A DNA stretch of 64,000 nucleotides from Podarcis melisellensis (Eukaryota): the NCBI GenBank assembly GCA_964234715.1, contig OZ174282.1, one strand, 5' to 3'. This document shows, piece after piece, positions 48,201 through 63,200 of the stretch. Within the stretch, counting starts at the first letter, position 1, and each line of letters opens with the position of its first letter. A program made the position numbers and the translations under genes. A model generated the notes under the pieces. It ran no database searches. It saw nothing but the letters and a program-made list of their open reading frames with translations, and was not told the DNA's origin.

Positions 48201-51200
48201 CACTGCTTCCAGGGAATGCCATGTGTGTAAGTGCAGGGGCCATGACCCCACCCCTGTGCAAAGCCCACAGGACAGTGCCAGAACACCATTGCACCAGGTA
48301 TGGAGGGTCACCACTGGCAGAGGAACCATGAAACCCCATTGCAGGAGCTCTGGAAACAGCCATGCTGAACTACAGATCAGATCCCAGCTAAGGCTTCTCC
48401 ACTCCAGGTCAGAGCTGTGGACAGCTATTCCTATATCCAGACCAGTGGTGCATATTCTCAAGCCCAAAGATTCCTTGGAGGCCAGTCACTGGAACTGAGA
48501 GCTGGAGCAGGCAGACCATAGTGCTCTGTTGAGCAGGCAGAGGAAGAAAGCCCAGAGTCCCAGGACTTATGTTACGTCTGTCCAATCCAGTGGCTTCATC
48601 TAGCCAGCCGATCACACTGACTCTGAGGCTTATGCATGCATGCACACACATATATATACTCATGGATGGGTTATTAGGTTAGGCTCAGTTTTCAAACCTC
48701 AAAATCCTCCTATGCATTGTGACTCCTTGTCATGGCAAAAGCAGCTGCAGCAGCATTTGCCCACTCCTGAACCAGGGCAGAGACCTGGACAAGAGAAGCC
48801 AGACTAGGCCTGCCTCAGAGCTTAACTGAAAGAGGCCAGCTGTGTGCACGCTTTGTGCTGTGAGGTGCATGGGGGCTGTACAAATTCTCATGGCAACTGG
48901 GAAGGAGCAGCAGCAGCATTCAGAGATGTGAGCGTGTCCTGCACATGCACAGCAACGGCAGCCGCAGCCGCAGCAGGTGTGGCCTTGCATAGGAGGGCAG
49001 AACAGCAGCAGCTCTCTCTTTTTCCCTCTTGTGGGGAAATTAAAGCAGCAGAGTTGGTCAAGGCCACCTGACGCAGACGCCCTGGGGGTTGCAATGTGAG
49101 GAGGTGGAGGCACAGGAGTGGGTCTGGGCTGACATGAACCATGCTAAAAACAGGTGCCCAAGGTCACCTGAACATGCAACCATCCAATTCTCCCTGAAGG
49201 GACGGACCATGGTACAGGTGGCTCCTATTCCTCACCTCCACATGCCTTTGTCCCTAGCTCAGAATGCACAGGCAGAGTAGACCCATTTGAAACAATAGAC
49301 ATGACTAAGTTAGGACCATTAATTTTCATTATTATATTTATTTATATCCCACCTTTTTCCCTGACAGGGACTCAAGGCAGCTTACAGAGAAGTAGAAACA
49401 ACTTAAAATATTTTTTTTTAAAAGCAATGGGCCTATGCTGAGTGAAACTTATTTGATGGGTGGGGTATAAATAAAATCATCATCATCATCATCATCCAAC
49501 ATTCTAGCATAGTGTTTTTATCTCCATTTTGATCTGCATACTCACTCCCTATTTTATATATTCATTTTGCATAAAACTGCTAAATTGGATTCAGAGCCAC
49601 GGCAAGTTCAGATTTGGTGCTGATTTGTGTGGAAGTGGCCTGTGGTTGCCACTGAGATTAAAGCTCTCGCTTCCCCTTCAACAAATCTGCAAAATTACTG
49701 AAGGACCTGATTGGACTAACCTCCACCCACCAAAATAGAAACATAGTTGAATAACTAAAATGGCTCAGTCCCTAGAATGCTTTTAGGTCAGCTGTCAGAT
49801 CAGGATCCTTTGCAAAGCAAAGATCCATATTATAGATGCTCAGCTGATGGCCAAATGTAGCAGCTTTCATGGCTTTGGTTGGGAAGTGGCTGCCTGCACT
49901 TACTACTAGGAAAGACTCTGCCTCCTGCCTCAAGGCCTCCCTCTCAGCACTTTGGGGGTCTCTCTCTTACTGTGCCTGTCTTTATGTGTTTCTGAGTCAG
50001 CCCCAGGCTCTGGACTCTCATGTCCCCCCTCTCTCATCAGCACTGCGAATTTTCTCTTTGCCCCCCCCCCACGTGCCTAGTCCTAGCAGCAGCTGTTTCT
50101 ACTTGTCAGAGCAGCTGTCCTAACACCTCCCTTCACAAGCTGTGCCATGGGGCTGCTCCATGGATACACAATCCTGAAGCTATTTATCATGCCTCTAAGG
50201 CCTAGCTGATAGGGATGTGGGTGGCGCTGTGGGTTAAACAACAGAGCCTAGGACTTGCTGATCAGAAGGTCGACGGGGTGAGCTCCCGTTGTTCAGTCCC
50301 TGCTCCTGCCAACCTAGAAGTTTGAAAGCACGTCAAAGTGCAAGTAGATAAATAGGTACCGCTCCGGCGGGAAGGTAAACGGTGGTGTGCTGCCCTGGTT
50401 CGCCAGAAGTGGCTTAGTCATGCTGGCCACATGACCCAGAAGCTGTCTGCGAACAAATGCCAGCTCCCTCGGCCTATAGAGCGAGATGAGTGCGCAACCC
50501 AACCCCAGAGTTGGTCACGACTGGACCTAATGGTCAGGGGTCCCTTTACCTTTTCCTTTAAGGCCTAGCTGAACTGAGAGACACCCCACGTCCCCCTTGC
50601 ATGCTGGGAATTCTCATTTTGCAGCCCTGTAAAAATTGCCAGGCGAAGGGAAAGAATGAGGCGGTGCAGTGGCATTTTTTACTGTAGGATACCAAACATG
50701 GCATCACCAACAAACTTATGGGACAATCAGTAAACAAACATGTTGCTTTTTCTTTTTTTAAATCCCAGCTCGGCAGCACACAACTGTTCTAAAGGTATTG
50801 TATCAAAGGGAAAGCTCCCTCACCTTTACCAAATGTGCCAATAGATTTTGCAATGGGAGAGTCCAATGGCATCAAAATGGGTTCCGCTGTCCAAAACCGG
50901 TGTCCACTCAGCATTGAGCAGACCCTGCCACGCACACACACTTGTTACAAAGTGTGTTCACATAGGCGCGAGGCCATTCTCCAGCCCCCTTCAAAAGCAA
51001 TTCTTCTGCATCAGCCCAGCCTTGCATTTGTGAATGGGAGGCTTCCTTGCCCACAGTACTGAGGCAGTGGACAGACTTCTATTTGCTCAGCATCCTGTAC
51101 ACTTCCACTACTGGATTGTGAAGCCACACACACACAATGGTGTCAGCCACAATCCACATCTTTCCTATAGTTTCTTGAGAAATACTGTATTTTGATTCCC

Positions 51201-54200
51201 TCCAAACCAGCTTCACTTCAATCTGAAATCATAAGCTTTCTGAAGCCATCCCTGCCCACTGGGGAGGACAGGCAGGCAACTTGGAAGCCCAGCCCAGCTA
51301 TACTGATGCATACAAGAAAGTACAGAGCTGAAATGCAGCTGGGAGAACTGGGGTCAACCTTGCTGCATTTTAGGCCAGCAGTGTGTTCACAGCCTGAGGA
51401 TCAGCCAGAAGAACTTGCTTTAGCACATTGCTCTTCCCACCGTTTCTGTATATGCACATCAACCCTATAAGCATGCATGGACCTTCTGTCAGTTTAACTA
51501 TCACAAGTTCCTCAGCAAGGGATTCTGGGTGTTGTTTTGATGGTGGCGTTGAGAAATTATCTTGATGGGGAACTTTAGGATTCCAACACAGAACTATCTG
51601 CCAAAGAGTTCACCGAGTAGAGGGTATGGCTATTAATCCAATTAAAACACTACCATGTAGCTAATAAGCTCCTGCTAGACAGCTACAGAAAGAATGTGAC
51701 AAGTTCAACACCTGCAACAGGATAGGAAGACATATTCCGGGAAGGTGTGGTCACCACTTGAGATGTAAGACTTTCAGAACTGTTGTGGGGTGTGTGGGTT
51801 TGTTTGTTTGTTTTTGAGGAGAGGGTTTTTTCCTGGACAAACATCAGTGGGTTTGTTCACACCAGAGTTTATTGTGTGTTTGCAGCTGTTTGCTTTTCCA
51901 TTTAATTTGCATTATCTACATGATGCTACCCTCAAACACCAATCTTGATGCTTTGTCCCTATAAATTCGAGTTTTCCTGATACAGGGGGAATGTGATGTT
52001 GGGGGAAAGTGCAATTCCAACTGCAGTAGTTTGGAGCCCAAACTATTTATTTAGGGGTGGGCAGATCTCTTTTCACTTTCTGCTACTCACCTTTCCATGC
52101 TCAGTACTATCTCAATACCTTCATTTCTTTTCCAGTCATGTTCTTAATTATTTCCACTGCACTCCTGAATTGTGTACAGCCTTGTGGTTTTTCCCCATTT
52201 TGATCTCTCAAATTTGCACAGAACCAGAAAACTGTACAAGCAAACCACACACACACACAAATCTGCACCAAATACTGTACAGTATCAATCTCAAAGTATG
52301 TGCTGAAAACATACAATTGCTTTAATTTCTTTTCTGGCACACTCCTGAATGGAGAAGTGTAGCCTTAGATATTTTCTTTTGATCCTTCAGATTTGCACAA
52401 AGTCAGAAAACTACCAAAGTGTGTGCTAAGAATTAAAAATTGCCTGCCAAGTTATCTGTACACATGCCCTGTCAGTATTTATTCGACACAACTGAATCAG
52501 CAAATTAGAAGGCAGGGAAAAACGCAAAAATGTCATGCCTACTGACATGAAAAAGAAAGATAAAAGTTCTTCCTCATAGGCAAATTCATGTATATGCAGC
52601 CGTGGACTAATTCATATGTGGGGCGGGGGGGGGGAGTGTATTAACAGCTCAATAATGCTCAGTTGTGGACAAACCCATGATTAAGTCACTAAAGGACTCA
52701 GCAGGGAATGGAAAGAAAGCTATACAAGAAATCTTAAGGATGATTTTCTTCATCTCTGCTGCCAGCTTCGAGGAGGAATGTTGCCATTGAATCTTGCTGG
52801 CTACTCTGATGTGGTTCACATTTTAAAATAATGATATAACTAAAAGAATATATGAAATAAAATCTCATATCCGAGGCAGTTCCAAGAACAAGATGCCCAG
52901 CAAACTGCAGAATTGGCTGGGTGAGAACAGACCCCCACAACAAATGAGGAACAAGGACAGCATATCCTCTAACTGTGCAGAAAGCAGATAAGATGACGTG
53001 CTTGGTCCTGGAGGGTCTTCCCCAGCACTGCTGCTGGAGATGGACATTCTACATGCAAAGCATGTGCTCTCCTGCTCCAGACACATGAAACTACCTGATT
53101 ATAAGCCAGGCAGTGGATCTTCATTTCTGCTTAGTGCTGCCTGCTCTGATTGGCAGCAAGGGCTCTGCTGAGTCTCTTTCCCAGTCCTGCAATCCAGCAG
53201 CTCACATCCAGCCCTCCTCTCTTTAGCCCCTACATTTCCACTGACTTTCAGAAGTCATTCATGGAGCAAGATGTCGGCTTTGTAAGGACATGGAAGGAAA
53301 AGAGAGCCTGCATGATGCCAATGCAGTTGTGTGTGTTTCTCTCAGGTCAGACCTGGGCTGACTGATCCAGGCTGGGGGCTTCTCCCAGATCCTGAACTAC
53401 AGTAGACAGCAGCTACGGGTAGGCTATCAGTATTAATCAAATCCATAGACTTCATACTACCTGCCAATGGCAAGGGCAGATCCTGTGCCTTTAAAGGGGC
53501 CACCCACCCACAATGTTTTACTTGGCTGAGCCCTCGTCCCCCAGTACCTGATTCCTGGCTTGAAGTGCTGAGAGCCAGCGCTTCCTAGGCTAGAGCAGGA
53601 AGCTCTCACTCCTTTCTTCCCTCCAGGCAGAAGAGGAGAAAGTCTGTTCAACAAAGCACTGAGGCCTTGTGCTGGATGGAGCCTCACTTTCAGGCTATTT
53701 GCAATTTTGTATAGACAGACGCAGATACCGTCTACAGAGAATGTAGCTAGGTAGGCTCAGTACAGCTGCTACTGGGGGTGGGGAACAATGGGACAGAGAT
53801 TTCTGCCCCATTCCCTCTCATTGATCAGCATGCCCCATGATGGATAGACAGGAGTATTCCCTCCCCACCCCTGCTCCGTTCATGCATCTGTAACAGCTAC
53901 TGCAGGTAGTACGAAGCAGCGGTGTTAGTAACCGCAACAGTTAGTTGTGGCATGGTCAGTTTCCCCGATTCAGAGAGAATTCAATGGATGTGAAACTTCA
54001 TGGTCATCATCTCAGCTGCAGCCCCATGCAAGCAAGCAGAAAGCAAAGAGAGAGAGAGACATATATATATGTGTGTATATATGTATATATATATAGTGAG
54101 ATATATATAGATATATCATTTTAAATGGAAGAGAAACAGTCCAGCAGGCAGCTAAACTCACCCTTTTGTACCGCCTATGGTCCACCAGAGGGCTTCAGAT

Positions 54201-57200
54201 GCGCAAAACGATAGCAAAGAGCTATTAGCATATAGATGGCAACAGGTAGACACCTTTTATTCAACAGCTTCAGATCAAGGAGGATAGGCAAGCTGCCTGC
54301 TCTGGGGAAGGGAGAGGGAGAGGGAGAGGAGAGGGTGGCCATGGTGGGGGTGTCAGATCTCAGGGGCCAGCTTGCAACAACCTACATGCTGGGAGGGTGG
54401 GGCTGGTTGAGTAGCACCATACAATATTGAGCAAAACCCAAAGGCGGGTCTATTTTATTGGAGCTGGGTGGGAAGTAGCATTGAGGTTCCAAGACCCTCC
54501 TTCTCTGACTCAGAAGACTAGAACAAGTTTTCTTAGAAAGACTTTGTGATAATCAGAAAGAAGGTGTTCCTTAACTGTAACCCCAGGGATATGGTGGGCT
54601 ACGAACGCAGCAAGAAGTATCCAAGCCGTTGTCAAAACCTTGTAGCCATCTTGGCTCACTGACCAAAACTTCACTTTCTTACCAAGGTTCAAATTAAGTA
54701 ATGAAAATCCATTAATCAGAATCAAAATTCCGATCAACAACAGATTCAACAGAAGGGTGCTGGCCACTTTTCCAAAGGGCCCCCTTCCCTCTGCTTCTTG
54801 ATCCCAATATGCCGTTTTGCCACCTGAGGTGTTTTCTGCTGGAAAAAGCTAGTCATGCCTTATTACTTGTTTCAAAGCCAAACTAGTCATTTCCTGTGCA
54901 CAGGATGTCAAGAAACACCAGGAGATGGGGCTACAGGTATGACATCTGGACTGCCAATTGGTAACCTGCTAGCCCCTGGCGTAAATCCTTAAAAAGCGCT
55001 GTCAAGTTCAAAGCATATTCAGGGCTTATCCAAACTTCCTCTTGTTCCGCTGCTTTCCTCTGGGGAAAACCACTCTTTAGCACTTAATGGGAGTGCAATT
55101 TGGGTTTTCTCTGGACTGAAGTTTGCTCTGATTTAGAGCTAGGCAGTGGGTTTTCCGTAGGAAAGGAGTGAGACAAGTGGAAGTGTTGATGAGCCCTTGG
55201 AGTTGGGCTATCACAAGCTAAAGAGGCTACCACTGTGCTTTGTCATATCGCCATTTGTCCCTTCCATAAGAGGGTTTTTTTTTGGGGGGGGGGAGGTTTG
55301 CATCTCACCCTCACGTATGGTGGGAAGAATGGTACAACAAAATACACAAACAAACACAGAGGCCATTGTGGGAGCAACTCCTATAAACCAGAATGTTGTC
55401 AACTAATACATGGGCAGTGGTTATTTTGAAGGTAGTATATACTTGAAGCTCCAAAATCTTTTAACAAAGTCTGTCAGACAAAGATTCTTCGAGTAAATGG
55501 AGCAGAGATGGCAATACAGGTGAATTAGTATCTAGTTAAACAACAAAAGACATCAGATGAGAAGGGACTGCTGGATCAGGCCAGTGGCCCATCTAGTCCA
55601 GCATCCTCTTCTCACAGTGGCCAACTGGATGGCTATGGGAAGTCTACAAGCAGGACTTAAAAGCAGTCTCCCCTCTTGCAGTTTTCTAGTGACTTGTATT
55701 CAGAAGTATTACTGTCTCCAATTGGGGAGGCGGAGCATAACCATACTGGCTATTAGCCACTGATAGCCTTATCTTCCATGAATTTGTCCAATCCTCTTTT
55801 TAAGCCATCCAAATTTGTGGCCCTCAATGCCTCCCATGGGAACAAATTCCATAGTTTAATTATACACTGTCTGAAGGAGTACTTTCGTTTGTCTGTCCTG
55901 GATCCTCTAACATCCAGCTTCATTGGATGTCCACGTATTCTAGTGTTACAAGAGATTGTTCAAGATAATATTGGGGTCTTTTTGTTAGGACTAATAAGAA
56001 TGGACCAAGCAAACCTTTGAATTCTCCAGAACTCTCTGTCCTATTCAGAGTAGACCCACTAAAGTTAATGGGAATGACTAATTAAGGTTCATTAATTTAC
56101 ACGGGCTTACTCTAAAAAGAGCTTAGTTGGAATATCCCAAAGGCTGTACTGTTTGGGGGCATTTATTTTAGATAACAGAAGAGTAAGAAGTAGGTAGGGA
56201 TGAGATGGGGTGAAATTAGACAGGGGTTTTTCCTTCCTTCTCCTTCTCTCACAACAGTATAATTTGGGGTCGCTCTGAACTTGGTGGGCAGTAGATTCAG
56301 GACAGAAAAAGAAATTACTTTTGACACAGCATGTAGTTAGCTTGTGGAATCTGATTCTACCAAATGTGGCTTCAGTGGCTTTAAGAGGGGATCAGGCAAA
56401 TTTATGGGGGTTGAAGAGGCCTGCATTACTGATTTCAATAATGGGTTGTATCTAATGCTAGTCCAATTCGGAGTACACTCATTGAAATTAAGGTAACAAA
56501 TTGAGCCATGACTATTAATTTCAATGGGTCTATTATGAGGAGGGCACAACTCAATAGTTTTAAAACTCATTTCCTCAGTTGTATTTCCTGAAAAATGTGC
56601 ACACTCATTAGTTGCTATAACTATTAAAGCATCTTGGTCTGAGACTGAAAAGTGCTTTTATGTACCACAAAACCTGTTGCTCTCTCTGTGCACAAGAAAA
56701 GAAAAAAATCATAGAATATGACTTACTTGAAGACTAAGAAGGCCCCGTTTCAGCTAGAAGGAGCTGGTAACAATATGATTCTACAGATCCAGCCCCACTG
56801 AGTTCAGTGGAGCTTACTTCTAAGTAAGTGGGTATAGGATTGCAGACTCATTGCCTTGAGCAGCTTTGAACTGTTGCTGGGAGCCATGAAGGCATCATAC
56901 AAAGGCTTGTCAACCTAAGACAGCTTCTGCACTTAAGTGACTTCCCACCACACCAGCCCAAACTAAAGGTGAAGTGCACAATTCCAGCCTAGCAGCAATT
57001 CTACCTGAAGCTTGGCTGCCCATTCAAACCCCACAATCTTTGTTGGTTGCACTCATTTGCATTCTGCAGTTTCCAGCATCACCCAATCAGTCCTAAATCT
57101 GAAATGACATACTTTATCCTGGGTCATATGCAGAAAAGCTCTTAGTTCTCCTTCTGTTCCTTCTTAGCACATCCACCCAGTCACTTTCCTCTTGCCTTCC

Positions 57201-60200
57201 CCTCCTCATGTGCCAAACTATGAAATTTCATGTGGCCTTTCTTCATCCTGAAGCAACAGGAGCACCCCCTCTACACCCCACTGCTTGGACTGACAGTCCT
57301 CTTGGGATGGATCCCACAGAAGCATGCCCTATTGCCTTACCTGGGGATACCACAGACTTATACTGTCCTGGGAGGGAAACACAGGGGGCTTTTTTTGAAC
57401 CTAAAAAACAATTTCTGCAGACATTGAGCCTGTCAGGAAAGGTGCTGGGTTCCTATTGACCATGCCCACATCATCAAAGCATCAACCACACAATAAACTG
57501 CCAGGGCAGTTTAGTATCTGATTTTTGAAATGATCATTAATATTTCTTTAAGGTATAGGGAACCACTAATATAAATATACAGTATACATCTGTATATGTT
57601 TAAAGGCAGGCAGCTCCCTGAAGCATGTAAGAGGGTCCAAACCAAGAGCAGATCTAGCACTCAACCGTGATGTTATAAAACCAGATTTACACTGTAGGCA
57701 AAGGTTCATGTGGCTACAGCCAAGAGTGTTGTGCCTGCCTTTGCCCTCAGAGGCCCAAGTCAGCTTCCCATGGACAACATCCATGGACAAACCAACACTC
57801 ATGATCCAACCAGGCTCCAATCCTCTGGGGAGCACCTGAACTTTGTTTCTTGCCACAAAACCATTTGCAGCCACCCATGTGATTGTCCCCTCTACCTTCC
57901 AATCCTTGGTCTGTAGCCCCCAACTAGGAATCTTGGTGAGGGCACACCTAGAAACTGAACGCTGGTGATGTCTCACCTGTGGCGGCAGCGTCGTAAAAAA
58001 CGCATGATCTTGCGAGCAGCTTGGTCCTGCTTCTTGGTGAGCAAGCTGCTTCTGCAAGGAAGGAAGGAAGGAGGAGAACATCAGGGTCCAGGAGATACCA
58101 AGGAGGAAGTGGGGAGGGGAAAAGGCCATCTAAGTAAGTAGTTGTAGAGCATCTGCTTTCAATGCTGAAGATCTCAAGTTCAATCCCAGACATTTCCAGT
58201 TTGGCTGGGAAAGACTCTGTTCCCCTTTCTGGAACCCTGAAGAGCCTCTGCCAGTCAGTGCAAACAGTACTGAGCTATATGGACCAACTGCCTGCCTGTG
58301 GTATATACAGCAGTTTAATGCTCCTGCGAGGGAGACTGTCCAAACTGATGTCTGTAAAAACTTTAGTACTTTTACTCATAATAAGGGAGGCTGTCTGACA
58401 AAACACTCCATGTATTTTTTTACTGTTTCTTTTTATTTTGTCTGTTTTACTTTCTCTCTCTCTTCTTTCTTTTTTATTGTCCCTTTTTGTGTGTGTTTTT
58501 ATTCTTTGTTTTTCCTCCTTTTCCCCTTCTTTGGAGTAGTATGTTTGGAGCCTTTATTAAGGTCCAAAGACTGTATACTGATGGGGTGGTCGATGGTCAG
58601 TGGAGGACCCTGGGTGAGAGAGAGTGAAAGGTCGGTTTCTCAGGGTGAGAAGCTGGGAGGAGAAAGGAAAGATCCCAGTTGAGAGCTGGGAGGAGCTGCT
58701 GTCCTCTGTGGGTGGTAAAGGCTAACAATTAATTTTAAGTGAGGGCTCTGTATTCTACTTATTCAATTTGTATCTTTTGTAGTTGTAATTTTACTGTATT
58801 AGAGAAAATTTTAATATATTTATTTTTAGATAGACCTATAAAAAACCAAAACACTTTATGAACATGGGCCTTCTTCCTACAAGGCCTTTGGCTAGAATTT
58901 TTCAGCCACCTGCTTTGATGCATATTGATTCATTCTGTCCTTCGTGACTGAATGCCACCCTCCTGTTGTACTTACTGATCTTGCAGCCTGCTTGCATTAG
59001 AAAGCTCCCACCTATCTGAGCTGCCCTTTTGTCCCTTCGCCCATCAATGCCCCCTGCCTTTCTTAGCCCTTCCAATTGTGAGTTGGCAGGCACTCTTCGG
59101 TAACAGATGCAGAATCGTGGCTTCTGAGAGCAATAATGTTTGTTCCTATGCATTTGCTTGATTCATGGGAGGTGGGCAGAATCTAGGTTTCCTTGGTGCA
59201 TAATTTATTCTTTTACTCAACTGCATAAGCATCAACCTCTGCCTTACACCCCCATCCATCCATCCATCCATCCATCCATCCATCCATCTACTCTGTCTGG
59301 TATTGGCTGGCAAGTCAATGTGGGTGGAGGACTGCCCAAGATCAGTGAGTACTAGCCCCTTGCCCTGTCTACCTTCTCCAGCATGCCCACCTCACCTGAG
59401 CTTCTGCTGCACGAGAGCAGCCGTCCTGCGACTTTGTCTCCTCTTCCCACATTCCTTGTAGCTGCGGTAGAACTGCTGGATTAGGACAGCAGCTCTCCGG
59501 CTCTGCTGGAATTTCTTCTGTTCGTAGTAGCTTCGGAATTTGCTCTGGATGAGGATGGCAGCTTGTATCATCTTTTTATAAAGTGCATACTGCAAGGGGA
59601 AGAGAGAGAAAGAGAGAGAGAGAGAGAGACAAAGGCTGAAGCACTCCCAAAGGCAAAAATAACAGTCACTCAGGGGAAAATCCAGAGATGGGCACAGAAG
59701 AATTTCACTGCAATAACAGAAAAAGTACCCTCCTGCTTTTACTAAGCAGGGCACATAATGGGAATTATGTGCCCTGCTTAGTAAAAAGGGGGAAAGACTG
59801 CACCTATAAATTCCATTCCTTGTTACCCTTAACCCCCCTCCCCTCCACTAGTTCTCCACACAAAGCAGCTCAATCCCTTGAGGACGGGCAGATGAATATG
59901 CAAAAAAGGCTCTGCCCTGAAAATGCAGAATGTATCTCAACGCAAGGTGGGTCATCTGTGGCAGGCCTTCCACACCTGTTACTCATCTCTGGATGGTGCA
60001 CATGTATGTTCCACAAACTGGAAACTGACTGGAACTGGACTGAGACTTTTAGGAAATATTAATGTTTCCCAATTAAGAGTGCTTTCTATGGACAATGACA
60101 AAAATATTTCAATTACTCCTCAGAGTATGGGGGATTTTTTTATTTTTTAAAAAATCTAATCTGCTCTAAGACTTGGTTTCCATTTATTGTGTACGTGTAA

Positions 60201-63200
60201 GAGACAGAGAAAGCACACAAACCTGCACACTAGGCCAAATACTTCACCAATTTTCAACCTGATAGCGGGCTGTTTCAAACATCATGCTATGCGGTTGGTC
60301 ATGTTTTACATGAATGGGCAGCATCCAATGCAAGGGTGGACAACATTTCCAGCTCCGTGGGCCAGGCCCCCATTGACCAGCTTTGACAGGTAGGGGATGA
60401 CAACCCACATGTCAATCAAATGATGTCATAATGATGTCATATGGGTTATCCCACTTGCACCAGGGAACCCATGTACAAAGTGGTCTGCAAGCCCTGAGCA
60501 GCTGATCCAGCAGGCTTTCATTCTCTCACCCAACAGCTGATGCACAGGAGAACTGACGCCTGTTTTCCCTTGGCATTGTACAATTAGGGTTTCCAACCTG
60601 CCTGGAGCCAAGAGGAACCATGAGCCTTGGTTTAGTATTACGTGCAAACCAGCGCCACACAGAAAAAGTGGGCTCTGTGGCTACTTGACACACAAGGCTT
60701 GCCACCATGCTAGACTGGGCCAATGGTTGATCTAGCCCCTACTGTCTGTCACATGGGTCACTGAATGGAGAAACTGGGCAAGATGAAGCTGCCACTCCTT
60801 GTTTCCTGGCCGCATAAGCTACCTCTTGGGGGTAGAGTGCCTCTAAACCAGCAAAGTGTACAGAACAGTTGGTGTTTGTGACTGAGGAATCTCTCCCCGC
60901 TGCTCTACCCTAACACACCGCCAAATTGTGCTTGAACCTTTCCCCGCAAATTGCCAAATCTGCACTGCTGCCAGATGATGTTCTCTCTCAATTCTCCTAA
61001 TCAAGGAAGCAAACTGGTACGTTCTCCATATGGGGAGCAGTTTAGGGGGTCACCACACTTGTAGGTGAAGGAAGAAGGTGCTGGGAAAGAGGGGATAGGA
61101 GAGGACTCGGGCCCCCATTCTGGCCCATCCTTGGCAAATTTTGCATGCCTGTGAAATGGTAGGAATGGAAGGCCAGTGTGCCAAACTGGAGGTGGGCTTC
61201 CAGGGACCAGACAACTTCCCTGAATTTTCAGCTTTCATTTTTAAATTTAAAAGCACCTAGCCCACTTCAATTATATAAACTTAAAGGAAAATGGGCAGGC
61301 TGTTTCTGAGCCAGTTTCTTTCCCTGCCGTCCAGAGCTTTGGCCATTGAGTGTAAAAACATACAAACGAAAAAGCTAAGGAAATTAAATTAGACTTCATG
61401 ATTTTAACAACTTTAAATTTAACCTATTTAGCTACTTGTAGAAGTCCTTCCTTGCTTTGCGGTGATTTGCGGTCTCTCCCTCTGGCATGCACCCCAAGTG
61501 TAACTCCCTCCCCAGCAAATTCTGTGGTGCCAGGCAAGGCTCTGAAGATGTTCCCCTTTCATAAGGGACAGGTTGCCATTCATAACAAAGCAGGACTGCT
61601 GGCATGCACGCTCCACAGCAGGATGCAACCCACGCGTGCTCTAGCAAAATGGACAGACCCTCTCCTTGGCTTGCAATGAAAGTGAAAAGCTCATGAGCCC
61701 AAATGCTGGGCGTTTTCAGTCATTACCTTCAAGGCTATCCAAGTAAGCTTGGGAGGGGGAGAAACAGAAAATACAAGATTAACGTTCAACGGCCTGCCAT
61801 GTCAGTCATCATCAGCACAGAGTGAGGGGCTCTGCCTCCTTAGGAGACCTGGGTGCCTCCAGAAGAGATTCTCTCAAAGCAAATGGGTGCTGCTGGAGGC
61901 CAACAGCCACATTCAGGTTCACCCACAACAGGGAGGGAGGAAGGTGTGCAGTTGCTGCAGCAGCAGCAATTCCATGGGGAGTCCTGCTGTGGGGTGAATG
62001 TAAGATGGCTGGGAAAGGGCTCTTTGCTTGGGAGCCTGCAGAGTTGAGCTTTACCAATTTCCTCAGAAAAAGCTCTGCCATTGGTGGTTGAGAACTCAGC
62101 CTAAATATGTGGGCCACTGCCAAGCCTCTGAAGGAAGCCATTCCTCAGCTTTTGTTGTTAGAGATTCTCTCTCTTTCCTGCCTTGAAAGTTAAACACCAC
62201 AGCAATACCCCAACTTTATTGGCTATTGGGGACAGCTGCAGCAACATAACATGGAAAATAAACCAGCTCTCGCCCTCTCTCTGTGGTGAATCTCAAGCAA
62301 AACCAGTGGTTGACAATGGCTAGGATCCAAAGTGCTGTGCAAACTGAGCAGATATCTTTAGAGTCCTCCTCATAACCTCTGCTGCTCTACATTATGACAC
62401 CACAGCATGAAGCATGGCAGTTTGGAAACAAAAGCAGGTTGCTGGCGGCTACAGTAAATACAGCTACATACTTGATGTACGCAACACCTAAAAAACTACC
62501 AGAATCTCAGGGCTTCAAGGCAAAAAAGGGCCATCAACGTGTGTTCGGAACTGTTCCTGGGCTGTTCAGATGGCAAGCTGGGGTGAAGATTGCTGAACTG
62601 AATGCGTTTGGGGACTAGCATGTCAGACAGATGGCTGGGATAGAATATTTCCCCCTGATAGCAGATTTCCTAAAGTCCTTCTTATACATTCCTTTCCACA
62701 TAAAGAGGGCCCTGTCCTCCCTCACAACCTATCTGGCCCATTAGCTTCCATACCTTGCCACCACCTTGAATCTGTACATTTACTCAAATACAGAAAAAAT
62801 GCAAGTTAAGCTTCCATGCACATATTTACAGAAGTTTGACTCAACACATTGATCTGTGGGATTACTCTGAGGCTTCAGGTGGAGAGGAAAGGATGAACAG
62901 GACTGAGGTCTAACAAGCTTTTTAAAAAAGTGTCATGCTATTGATTCCCACCCCAACGTGTGGTCTGAGATGGTCCTGAAACTGTTTGACCATACAATGA
63001 GCTGTTGGATCAGAGGGCCTCTCTCTTTGGGATGCTTAATTTTTTCACAAGAGGTGTGAGGCAAAGGAAGCAGGAGTAACCCAGGCTCCCTCACTTGTGG
63101 AGGCTGAAACTTGGGCACACTCCATCTTTGAAACTTCTGAAGTAGCTCTCTGCTGAGTTATAAGAAACAAAGCAGTCCAGGGTGGCTTCTCACACTTGCC

